Assembly: GCA_021299855.1 (NCBI GenBank) | Contig: JAJTEY010000001.1 | Coordinates: 29,521 to 93,520 of the forward strand | Length of the DNA stretch: 64,000 bases | DNA from: Bacteroidota bacterium | Lineage (GTDB): Bacteria; Bacteroidota; Bacteroidia; Palsa-965 | Direction: 5' to 3' | Part shown: in pieces, positions 19,896 through 29,062 of the stretch | Numbering within the stretch: position 1 is the first letter of the stretch | Layout of the letters: each line of letters begins with the position of its first letter | The notes under the pieces: generated by a model | What the model was told of the DNA's origin: nothing | What the model saw: only the letters and a program-made list of their open reading frames with translations | The model's database searches: none | Translations under genes and position numbers: made by a program

Positions 19896-22690
19896 ATGAA
19901 AAAACTTCTACTAGTTGTTAGTTGGTATTGTGTATCCGCGTTGCATGTAAATGCACAAGTTACTAATGACGACTGCTTTGGAGCAACACCACTTGGAACA
20001 TTAGGAACACCTGCACCTTGTCCAAACGGAATTGGCGCAACTTCCACGTTCAACAACTTAACTAACGTAAACTCTGTAACTGAGCAGCCGTATACCACAC
20101 TCATCAATTGTCAGCCCAGCAACAACACGCCAATGGCTTCGCCGGCAACTGACGTTTGGTATTCGTTTGTGAATTCAGGAAACGAAGTGGTTATCACCAT
20201 CAACGGAAACATTGTTCAACCGAACATCGCTATTTATCAGGGAACCTGTAATGGTCTTATTGGTCGCGGATGTGCTATAGGTGGCGGTAATACATTAACA
20301 GCCAATTTCGACCAAATGGTGCCGGGTCAAACGTACTACATTCAAATTAGTGGTGGGTCGCCGACAGATCAAGGCACGTTCAACATGACGTTGCAAAACA
20401 TTAACGATTGCAGTGATTGTTTAACGGCATCGAACTTAACAGTGAATCCCGCACCGGTTAACGGTCAATATCAGGGTGGCACAACAGTTACGTTTTGTTA
20501 TACCATTACACAATGGGAACAACAAAACACCAATTGGCTTCATGCTGTTATTCCAACTTTTGGTAATGGTTGGGATTTAAGCACGCTTACCAATTTGCAG
20601 GGCGCTGCAACCTGTGATGGTGGTCCCGGTGTGTGGCAATGGTTTAACAATGTTAATACTCCAAATGGAAACGGAATTCTGAGTGGTTTCTTTTTCGACG
20701 GAGATATTGTTCAGGGTGGACCAAATGGAAACCCGACTGATAATTTTGGAGACAACTGTGATGGACAAGTGAGCTGGACGTTTTGCTGGACCATTACTGC
20801 AAAGGACTGTCCGCCGGCCAACCAAGGAGATGATCTGGGAATTATCATTGACACCTATGGAGATGGTGAAACAGGAAACTGGACGAACATTGCATGCGTA
20901 AGCGATCCTGTTTATCAGTTCAATGCATCATTATCTTGCTGCGCGCCTCCTCAAATGACGCAGTTAAATATTGCATGCTTTGGACAAAACAGCGGTTCTG
21001 CAACTGCCACTCCTGTGGGTGTCGGTCCCTACGATTTTATTTGGACCGATGCAGGCAATAACGTTATTCAGACTTCAACTAATCAAACAGGTGCAAATAC
21101 GGTTAACAATTTAGGCCCCGGAACATACACGGTTGAAGTAACCGATCAAAACACATTGTGCGTAATACTGTGCAAGGCAGCAATGGTAACTTAACGGCTA
21201 CCACAAGTACAACAGATGAATCGTGTGCAGGAGCATGTGATGGAACAGCAACTGCGACTGCATCCGGTGGAACGGGGCCTTACACCTACTCATGGAATAC
21301 TGTACCGAATCAATTGACACAAACAGCAACAGGATTATGCGCCGGTCAATACATCCTAACTTTTGTAGACGCGAATCAATGTAGTGGTACTGCTACTGTC
21401 ACAATCTCTTCTCCTCCTGCGGTGACTGCTTCTGTTGTTGCGGTTCCTGCTGCAATCTGTATTGGACAGTCGTCTACATTAACAGCAACACCGGGCGGGG
21501 GAAGCGGCACAGGATATACTTACACGTGGAATCCGACAGGAACAGGGACCACACAAAGTGTCACTGTTACACCTGCTCAAACTACACAATACTCAGTAAT
21601 TGTAACGGATGATAATGGTTGTCAATCGTCACCAGCTAACATAACGGTTACATTGTATCCTCCGCTTAACGTTCAGGTTGTTGCTTTGCCTTCGTCCATT
21701 TGTGCAGGTTCTAACAGTACATTAAGTGCGGTTGCCGGTGGTGGAAATGGTGGTCCTTACACATACACCTGGTTACCTGTGGGCACAGGTACAGGAGCTT
21801 CGGTTGTTGTTGCTCCCAACACAACTACTACATACACGGTTACTGTAGATGATGGATGTACTACTCCAACAGCATCAGCAGTGGTTACAGTAACTGTGAA
21901 TCCGAATCCTACTCCAAGCTTTACGGGAACACCGTTATCAGGATGTGCTCCATTATTAACTACATTTACGAATAACACACCGAACAGCGTTTTATGTTCA
22001 TGGGATTTTGGTGACAACACTACTTCCAATAACTGTGGCCCGGTGAATAATTTGTATACAGCTTCCGGTTGTTACGATGTGACATTAACTGTCACTGATA
22101 ACAACGGATGCGTTGGAATAATAATAATGCCGTCGTATGTATGTGCATTCGAAAATGTAGTGGCTGATTTTAGTGCAACTCCACAACCAACAACGATCTT
22201 TAATACGAATCTTACCTTCACTGATCTGTCCGCCGGAAATCCTACTTCGTGGACCTGGTACTTCGATAATTTAGGAACATCTACTGTTCAAAATCCAACA
22301 TTCGATTTCCCGAATGAAATTGCTTCTTGTTACAACGTTATTTTAGAAGCTAATAACGCGAACAATTGTCCGGATAGCGATACGTTGGAAGTTTGTATTG
22401 ATCCTGAATTCATCATCTATTTCCCGAATGCCTTTACACCGAATGGTGACGGTAATAACGATTATTTTATCGGAACAGGATTGGGAATCGTTCAGTATGA
22501 AATGTGGATTTTCGATCGTTGGGGGAACATGATTTATTATACCGACAACATTGCTAAGCCTTGGGATGGAACCGTGCAAGGCAAGAGCGGAGAAATTGTA
22601 CAGATTGACACGTATGTGTGGAGTGCCGTTGTGAAAGATGTATTTAATAAAACGCATAAATATATTGGTCACGTGAATGTGATCAAATAA
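19896..22690 (+). pseudogene. T9SS type-B CTD (gliding-motility-associated C-terminal domain) protein with SprB-like and PKD repeats, split by a frameshift near 21165 (pseudogene or assembly error)
   Basis: ORF1 (19896-21194) has the signal peptide and N-terminal domains but no CTD. ORF2 (21158-22690) has no signal peptide but has the repeats, PKD (WDFGD) and the CTD (PNAFTPNGDG.ND, IFDRWG, WDG). The repeat pattern continues across the frame change. Confidence 0.8.
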
Positions 22691-22708
22691 GACTTACACC
22701 CTGCACTT

Positions 22709-22743
22709 AAGGCTGTGTTGCAGAAATGCACGCAGCCTTTTTT
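22709..22743 (+). terminator. Rho-independent terminator
   Basis: AAGGCTGTGtTGCA-gaaa-TGCACGCAGCCTT followed by a T run. Confidence 0.8.
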
Positions 22744-22792
22744 GTTGTCGTTAGTCGAAACTAGTACATTTGTTACGCACGAAATTTTGCTT

Positions 22793-23302
22793 ATGAGTCA
22801 CACCGCAACGCTTATCATGAATGCCCGTCAGATTGAACAACGCATCAATCGTTTAGCATGGCAAATCTTGGAACACTGCAATGAAGAAGGCAGCATTGTG
22901 ATTGCAGGCATTGAGAAAAACGGAATTGTGATTGCGGCGCGTATTGCAAAAATTCTGAAGGAAATTTCCCAATTCGATATTGTGGTGTGTTCGGTTAAAC
23001 TCGGCAAAGACGCTCCACTGGAGCAACCTGCGGTAATCAGTATTCCATCGGATCAATTGCGCGATAAAACAGTCATCGTTGTTGATGATGTTTCGAATTC
23101 CGGAAGAACACTGATGTATTCTGTGAAAGCGTTCTTAAATCAACCTGTAAAAGGAATTTTAACTTGCGTATTAGTGGACCGCGATCACACGCGTTTTCCG
23201 GTTAAAACTAATTTCGTTGGCTTATCCTTGGCAACAACCATGCAAGAGCACATTCGTGTTGAATTACCCGAGAATGGTGATGCTTCTGTTTTCCTGGAAT
23301 AA
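22793..23302 (+). CDS. Phosphoribosyltransferase family protein (PyrR-like)
   Basis: PRPP-binding loop VIVVDDVSNSGRT and LVDR.H..FP; TACATTTG element at 22765. Start moved to ATG 22793. Confidence 0.85.
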   Translation: MSHTATLIMNARQIEQRINRLAWQILEHCNEEGSIVIAGIEKNGIVIAARIAKILKEISQFDIVVCSVKLGKDAPLEQPAVISIPSDQLRDKTVIVVDDVSNSGRTLMYSVKAFLNQPVKGILTCVLVDRDHTRFPVKTNFVGLSLATTMQEHIRVELPENGDASVFLE

Positions 23303-23827
23303 TTAAGCTTCCGCTTTTTCGCCCAATACAAACAGGCGAACGAATTCAGCCAACTCAGAGGCTTTTAATCCTTTACCCTTTACTTTGTATTGCGCTTGCA
23401 GATAGAATGTCTCGCGATCTTCTAATGTGTTATGAATCCATTGCCACAATTCTCCGTTATTCAGATCGTTGATTAATGGACGTGATCCGTCTTGTTGTAA
23501 ACGCTCCGTCAAAGCGTCTGTGCTCATCTTAATGTAAAGCGTCACACCCGATTTATTCATTACATCCATGTTATCGAAATAACACGGTGTTCCGCCACCG
23601 CACGCAACAATGATATTGTCTTTCTCAATTACTTCGTGCAGCATCTGTTTTTCCAGATCGCGAAAATGCGCTTCACCTTCAGCGGCAAAAATTGCAGGAA
23701 TGCCTTTACCGGCGCGCGCTTCGATCTCCTGATCCAAATCCACAAATTGCATGTTCATCAACGGCGCCAACTCTCGTCCCAATGTTGATTTTCCGGCTCC
23801 CATAAAGCCTACTAAAAAAATTCTCAT
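23303..23827 (-). CDS. aroK: Shikimate kinase
   Basis: GFMGAGKST Walker A, GEAHFR, CGGGTP, RPL. Confidence 0.95.
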   Translation of the reverse strand: MRIFLVGFMGAGKSTLGRELAPLMNMQFVDLDQEIEARAGKGIPAIFAAEGEAHFRDLEKQMLHEVIEKDNIIVACGGGTPCYFDNMDVMNKSGVTLYIKMSTDALTERLQQDGSRPLINDLNNGELWQWIHNTLEDRETFYLQAQYKVKGKGLKASELAEFVRLFVLGEKAEA

Positions 23828-23834
23828 ACTTGAT

Positions 23835-24236
23835 TTAATTTATGCTTAGCAAGGTAAGACTATCCGGCAAAACTACGCTATAATTGAGACAAACCATATT
23901 GCCTTGCACAAAATACATATCAACCATTGCGGCATCTGAAGTAATTCGCTTTTCGCCCCAATCTTCTTTCTCTTCCTGAAAATCGTCGAAACCATTTTTA
24001 CGAAACAATTCCATGGCGGCACCTTCTGTCCATGGTCCGATAGCCTGCCCCCACAAAGAAGCATCTGCACCGCTGTCAATTTCTACACAGCAGAAGCGTT
24101 TCATTAAGTCGATTTCGAAAAACAAAGTGAATCCGCGTTGCCAATAATGCCATACGAGTGAGGAACTGTCAACACCTTCCAGTGTTTCGGCTTCTTCCGG
24201 CGGACCCATTGATTCCTCCATTTTTTCGGGAAGCAT
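23835..24236 (-). CDS. Hypothetical protein
   Basis: Acidic 133-aa ORF 7 nt upstream of aroK; the start codon is uncertain. Confidence 0.6.
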   Translation of the reverse strand: MLPEKMEESMGPPEEAETLEGVDSSSLVWHYWQRGFTLFFEIDLMKRFCCVEIDSGADASLWGQAIGPWTEGAAMELFRKNGFDDFQEEKEDWGEKRITSDAAMVDMYFVQGNMVCLNYSVVLPDSLTLLSIN

Positions 24237-24308
24237 CCGGGATTATTATTCCTGCTGAAAGTCGGATTAACTGTTTTTCAACAGATTATAAAAAAGTTAA
24301 TAAATCTA

Positions 24309-24339
24309 TTTGCAGGGTAAAATCATGCTGTTATCTTTG
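24309..24339 (+). promoter_or_regulatory. Bacteroidota housekeeping promoter for tRNA-Lys
   Basis: TTTG (-33) at 24309 and TATCTTTG (-7) at 24332 with a 19-nt spacer. Confidence 0.85.
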
Positions 24340-24366
24340 CACCCGCATTCATTAAGAGTGGAATTT

Positions 24367-24439
24367 GATTCCGTAGCTCAGCTGGTAGAGCATTACACTT
24401 TTAATGTAAGGGCCCTGGGTTCGAATCCCAGCGGGATCA
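24367..24439 (+). tRNA. tRNA-Lys (anticodon TTT), CCA not encoded
   Basis: Acceptor stem GATTCCG/CGGGATC, D arm GCTC..GAGC, anticodon arm TTACA-CTTTTAA-TGTAA, T arm CTGGG-TTCGAAT-CCCAG. Confidence 0.97.
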
Positions 24440-24608
24440 CGATTAGGATCGCATAATAGCGATCCTTTTTGCATTTATGTGGCTAGGATTCTTGTACGCT
24501 TCGCTACACATCAATCGCTAAAATTGTCCACCAGAAAATTTCTTTACGCTCTTTCTCCCAGCGGGATCACGATTAGGATCGCATAATAGCGATCCTTTTT
24601 GCATTTAT
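24426..24608 (+). repeat. 53-bp perfect direct repeat (tRNA 3' end + terminator) at 24426-24478 and 24556-24608
   Basis: TCCCAGCGGGATCACGATTAGGATCGCATAATAGCGATCCTTTTTGCATTTAT occurs twice with a 130-bp period. Confidence 0.95.
24445..24470 (+). terminator. Terminator after tRNA-Lys (second copy at 24575-24600)
   Basis: AGGATCGC-ataata-GCGATCCT followed by TTTT. Confidence 0.85.
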
Positions 24609-24745
24609 AACGCCTGCCCCGATGCTTGGGGACTTTTACGCTGTGCTTCACATCATTCCCTAAAATGTCGAAGCGGTAACGATACAGCATTCAAATAATT
24701 TGAATTCACACACGAATCGAGTAATTATTTCCCGAAATTCATATC

Positions 24746-25429
24746 ATGAAATATGCCGTTGCTTTATTGGGAATAATCATATTAATCGCTTGTGGAGAAG
24801 AACAAACCACCAATGATGCTAAGGTGCAAGTGCAATTGGATTCTATCAACCAACAACTATTGGCATTACGCGAACAATTAAAAAGTAATGACAATATAAA
24901 TGATACTAATGCATTAAAGGACAGCAGCGAAATTCCCGATGTTCCACTACCACCGCCTCCTCCGTCACCATTAACCGATGATCGAAAAAAAAACACTGCA
25001 CCATCACCTGTTGTTGGCGAGTCTGAAACAGCGGTATATTACTACACCGGATCCAAAAAGAAATCGGTCGAAATATCACCTTGGGTTGATGGCAAGCGTA
25101 CCATTACGTTATATGATCCATTCGGAAAAGTTTCCTATATCTTCTCTGATAGAAATCTAAGTTATAGTATCACCACCCGACTGGTAACATTTCATTCCAA
25201 CGGTGCTGTGCAAAAAGCTGTTGTGCACAATAATCCCGGGGCAAGCATTTCGTGGAGTGAGTCACAAATAACTTTCAGTATCAATAATGAACCGGAGTGG
25301 AAAGAAGTGACGACGTATCCCGTAGAATTGACCATCGACGGCAACCCCAAGTATTACTGGGATAAAAAACAACAGAATTGGGTGAAGCAGGAAGTCCTAC
25401 ACGAGCAACCGGTTCCACAACCCGGGTAA
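24746..25429 (+). CDS. Hypothetical lipoprotein with Pro-rich linker
   Basis: Lipobox LIAC, short coiled coil, PLPPPPPSP linker, beta-rich C-terminal domain. Confidence 0.75.
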   Translation: MKYAVALLGIIILIACGEEQTTNDAKVQVQLDSINQQLLALREQLKSNDNINDTNALKDSSEIPDVPLPPPPPSPLTDDRKKNTAPSPVVGESETAVYYYTGSKKKSVEISPWVDGKRTITLYDPFGKVSYIFSDRNLSYSITTRLVTFHSNGAVQKAVVHNNPGASISWSESQITFSINNEPEWKEVTTYPVELTIDGNPKYYWDKKQQNWVKQEVLHEQPVPQPG

Positions 25430-25431
25430 CA

Positions 25432-26457
25432 TTATTTCCCCAATTCTTCCAATGCCAATGCTGCATTGGTGTACTGAGGATCTACCTCCAACGCTTTTCG
25501 ATAATCGGCTTCTGCGTTGGTAACATCTCCTTTGCGCTGATAACAATATCCGCGACCGTAATAACCACGTGGCGACTTCGGATCGGCGTTGATAGCTGCA
25601 GCGAAATACTCCATGCCTTTGGTCACCATCTTCGGGTCAGAACCCAGTTTAACCGCATGCAACATGCCCAAATTAAAATTTGCATCGAAATGTTCCGGAT
25701 TAATTTTTAATAGTCGTGTGTACGCATCCAATGCAGCATTCAACTCATTAACGCTCTGAAAAAAAATACCCAAATTGTATAAAGCTTCTTCACTATTCGG
25801 ATTTACACGCAACGCATTTTGATAATACTGCGCTGCTAAAGGATCATTCTTTGCTGCAAACAATAAACCCAATTGAATGTACGCACTGTAATAATCGGGC
25901 TCCTGTTCTACTGCGGTTTGCATACTTGAAATGGCTTTTGTGGTGTCTCCGAGTTCTTTAAACATCATGCCCTTCATAAAGTACGCCTGAGCATTGTGAA
26001 CATCTTGCAGCAACACTTCATCCAGTAGTTTCACTTCCTCCTCAAATCGTTTCATGTAATGGTGCAACTGCGCTAAGCGAAGTTTACAGTCCACATTTTT
26101 CGGATCAACCTGCACTGCTTTTTTCAGCAAAATTTCGGTCTTCGAAACTTTACCTACGAAAAAATTCACGTCTGCTGCGGTCAACAACCAAACGCTTTTG
26201 GTACTATCGAGTTGAATAATGCGATCCATATCATTGATGGCTGCCTCATAATTTTTCGCGCCCAGATGCAATCGCGCACGGGTATGATACAATTCCAGAT
26301 TGTTCGGATCAGCAAGAATTTTTTGATTGATCGTAGTAAGCGTCTGCGCGGAATCCTTAAGAGAATCATTTTTTCCAGGCTCCGAAGAACCATTTCCGCA
26401 AGAAGAAAATCCTAAGAGAATTCCTGTCAACAGCGTTATTTGCACCAATTTCATCAT
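25432..26457 (-). CDS. TPR-repeat lipoprotein
   Basis: Lipobox FSSC; multiple TPR motifs (AYFMKG, ALYNLG, GYYGRG..Y, AL..DP). Confidence 0.88.
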   Translation of the reverse strand: MMKLVQITLLTGILLGFSSCGNGSSEPGKNDSLKDSAQTLTTINQKILADPNNLELYHTRARLHLGAKNYEAAINDMDRIIQLDSTKSVWLLTAADVNFFVGKVSKTEILLKKAVQVDPKNVDCKLRLAQLHHYMKRFEEEVKLLDEVLLQDVHNAQAYFMKGMMFKELGDTTKAISSMQTAVEQEPDYYSAYIQLGLLFAAKNDPLAAQYYQNALRVNPNSEEALYNLGIFFQSVNELNAALDAYTRLLKINPEHFDANFNLGMLHAVKLGSDPKMVTKGMEYFAAAINADPKSPRGYYGRGYCYQRKGDVTNAEADYRKALEVDPQYTNAALALEELGK

Positions 26458-26462
26458 AGCTC

Positions 26463-26515
26463 AAAATAAAAAACATCCCGAAGTTACACATAAGTTGTGC
26501 AACAAACGGGATGTT
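26463..26515 (-). terminator. Long bulged hairpin with U tail, probable recA terminator
   Basis: Minus strand AACATCCCG..GTTGCACA-actta-TGTGTAAC..CGGGATGTT-TTTTATTTT. Confidence 0.65.
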
Positions 26516-26692
26516 AGATGTTGTCGTTAAACGACAGATTTGTAGAAATGTTTCAATTCTCAAAAGACCGGGCAACACTTCACGTCAGCTCATCTTTTCT
26601 TCTGAACCGAAATCAATTATTCAGACTGTACACCAATCACTAAGAACAACTGCATCGCTGCGCAGCAAAATTCCGGCTGCGAAATACTGCAA

Positions 26693-27727
26693 TTATTCCG
26701 CCTCCACTACTGCGTCAGCGCTTGCAGCAGTGAGCGTTTCACGAATTTGTGCTTCAATTTGATCCATCAATTCCGGATTGTCATGGAATAATTGCTTCAC
26801 CGCGTCACGACCTTGTCCGAGTTTAGTGTCTTCATAACTGAACCACGATCCGCTCTTCTTGATAATGCCGTGCTCTACACCCAAATCAATAATTTCACCC
26901 ACGCGGGAAATTCCTTCACCGAATAAAATGTCGAACTCAGCAGTGCGGAACGGAGGCGCTACTTTGTTCTTGACAATTTTCACACGAGTGCGGTTACCCG
27001 TTGCTGTTTCACCGTCCTTAATTTGTCCGGCACGGCGAATATCCAAACGCACAGAAGCATAAAACTTCAAGGCATTACCGCCGGTAGTTGTTTCCGGATT
27101 CCCAAACATCACACCGATTTTCTCACGCAACTGGTTAATGAAAACGCAGCAGCATCCGGTTTTGCTGATGGTAGCCGTCAACTTACGCAATGCCTGAGAC
27201 ATCAAACGAGCCTGTAAACCCATTTTCGACTCGCCCATTTCACCTTCAATTTCTGCTTTCGGTGTTAATGCTGCAACGGAGTCAATTACAATAATATCAA
27301 TAGCTCCTGAACGAATAAGATTATCAGCAATTTCCAACGCCTGCTCACCGTTATCGGGTTGAGAGATCAACAAACTATCGGTATCCACACCCAAACGTTG
27401 TGCATAGAAGCGATCGAATGCATGTTCTGCGTCGATGATAGCGGCAATACCACCCTGACGCTGAACTTCGGCAATGGCATGAATAGCCAATGTTGTTTTA
27501 CCTGACGATTCCGGACCGTAAATTTCAATAATACGTCCTTTAGGATAACCACCAATTCCAAGTGCAATGTCCAAAGTCAATGAACCGGAAGGGATGGCCT
27601 CCATTTGTTCCACCGGATTATCGCCTAACTTCATTATGGTACCTTTACCATAAGTTTTCTCCAGTTTGTCAATGGTTAATTGCAATGCCTTTAACTTTTC
27701 CTTGTTTACTTCTTTTTCTTTGCTCAT
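26693..27727 (-). CDS. recA: Recombinase RecA
   Basis: [52 protein letters not shown]. Confidence 0.99.
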   Translation of the reverse strand: MSKEKEVNKEKLKALQLTIDKLEKTYGKGTIMKLGDNPVEQMEAIPSGSLTLDIALGIGGYPKGRIIEIYGPESSGKTTLAIHAIAEVQRQGGIAAIIDAEHAFDRFYAQRLGVDTDSLLISQPDNGEQALEIADNLIRSGAIDIIVIDSVAALTPKAEIEGEMGESKMGLQARLMSQALRKLTATISKTGCCCVFINQLREKIGVMFGNPETTTGGNALKFYASVRLDIRRAGQIKDGETATGNRTRVKIVKNKVAPPFRTAEFDILFGEGISRVGEIIDLGVEHGIIKKSGSWFSYEDTKLGQGRDAVKQLFHDNPELMDQIEAQIRETLTAASADAVVEAE

Positions 27728-28123
27728 GACTTAAAAATTAAAATGGTTAACTAATAAAAACGAATGTAGCAAGAACAGTAAGCGCGAATCAAGTGATGTT
27801 TATAACTACGCACTCTGATGTTGATTACTTACATTCGATCCGGACTACATTGTCAGGACGGTACAAAGTTGAACTACGAGAATGTAATCTATTTACAATC
27901 TGCAGAACGGTGTAAAAATAATTTGGTGTTTTGGATGGTTTGGCTAAGAATGTTAGTTTTTTGAAAACGGTAGATTCTGGCGATTTACCGTATTCGGGAA
28001 GAACGATTGCCTGCAATGTGCGCTGTGAATAGACACCGGACATAAGATATTTTATTGCGATGCTACTTAAGATTGGAGATTACTTTAAATGTTTCAAAAA
28101 ATCACTTTGGATATGCAGCAATG

Positions 28124-28154
28124 AAAAACGGTCTACGATTTAAATCGTAGACCG
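28124..28154 (-). terminator. Rho-independent terminator downstream of bcp
   Basis: Perfect 26-bp palindrome CGGTCTACGATTTAAATCGTAGACCG (28129-28154) followed by TTTTT on the minus strand. Confidence 0.8.
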
Positions 28155-28287
28155 AGAATGGAATAAAAGGTATTACTTGAAAAGACAGTGTATCATTTGA
28201 AGTACATATTAGGTGAACTGATCGTATACGTAAGTATTGTTATTGACAACAACCACACTCAACAATCCAACGTTCAATAACCCAACC

Positions 28288-29004
28288 CTATTTCTTCAAA
28301 ATCTGATCGGCGTGGTTTTTCGTATCAACCGCTGTAATGACTTCGTCGATAATGCCTTTTTCGCTGATAACAAACGTGGTGCGAATGAGTCCGTCGAAAA
28401 TGCGACCCATGAATTGTTTCTTACCCCACACATCGTAAGCCTTAATAACCTCGTGTTTCGTGTCGGCCAATAACGGAAACGGCAAGTTGTACTTTTTAGC
28501 AAACTTGGCGTGCGATTTGGCATCATCGGCACTTACACCAACCACTTCGTATCCGGCCTTTTGCATGAACGTATAGTTATCGCGCAAACTGCATGCTTCC
28601 GCAGTACAACCAGGCGTATCGTCTTTCGGATAAAAATACAACACCACTTTTTTACCGGCCAGTTGCGCTAACGAAACTTCCTTTCCGTCTTGCGTTTGTC
28701 CTTTAAATGCCGGAGCAGGAACACCTGCCTTGAGTTTTGTACTGTGTGCTTTAAATGTTGCTTTTGCCGGCGCCGACTTCTTGGGCGCTGACTTCTTTAC
28801 TGCTGCTTTGGCAGCAGCTTTTTTAACCGGCTTTTTAACCGCGGTTACTTTTACAGCCGCTTTCTTGGCGGGCTTCGCGGCTTTCTTGGCTCCCGATAGC
28901 AATCGAGATGATTTTGAGGCAGATGTTGATGCTTTTCCGGTCGCTTTTTTAGCAGGTGCTTTACGCACAACTTTTGACTTTGCAGTCGCTTTTTTCTTTG
29001 CCAT
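28288..29004 (-). CDS. bcp: BCP/PrxQ thiol peroxidase with N-terminal Lys/Ala-rich extension
   Basis: YFYPKDDTPGCTAEAC and GLIRTTFVI; the first ~90 aa are AKK/PAKK repeats. Confidence 0.92.
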   Translation of the reverse strand: MAKKKATAKSKVVRKAPAKKATGKASTSASKSSRLLSGAKKAAKPAKKAAVKVTAVKKPVKKAAAKAAVKKSAPKKSAPAKATFKAHSTKLKAGVPAPAFKGQTQDGKEVSLAQLAGKKVVLYFYPKDDTPGCTAEACSLRDNYTFMQKAGYEVVGVSADDAKSHAKFAKKYNLPFPLLADTKHEVIKAYDVWGKKQFMGRIFDGLIRTTFVISEKGIIDEVITAVDTKNHADQILKK

Positions 29005-29062
29005 AACTGGTTTTAGTTTTAAAACACGCGATTGTTATAATTGTTCACGTGTCGGATATTTT

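Noticed and set aside
21140..21194. Programmed -1 ribosomal frameshift or slipped-strand phase variation
   Set aside because: No slippery heptamer, homopolymer or microsatellite at the junction.
24237..24300. Frameshifted N-terminus of the 23835-24236 gene
   Set aside because: An in-frame stop lies three codons upstream and the other frames give no convincing continuation; cannot be supported without homologs.
24426..24670. CRISPR array
   Set aside because: Only two copies, the repeat is tRNA end plus terminator, the spacers are related to each other, and there are no cas genes.
24440..25429. Intact prophage or integrative element at tRNA-Lys
   Set aside because: No integrase or phage genes, and the duplicated tRNA ends are only 77 bp apart.
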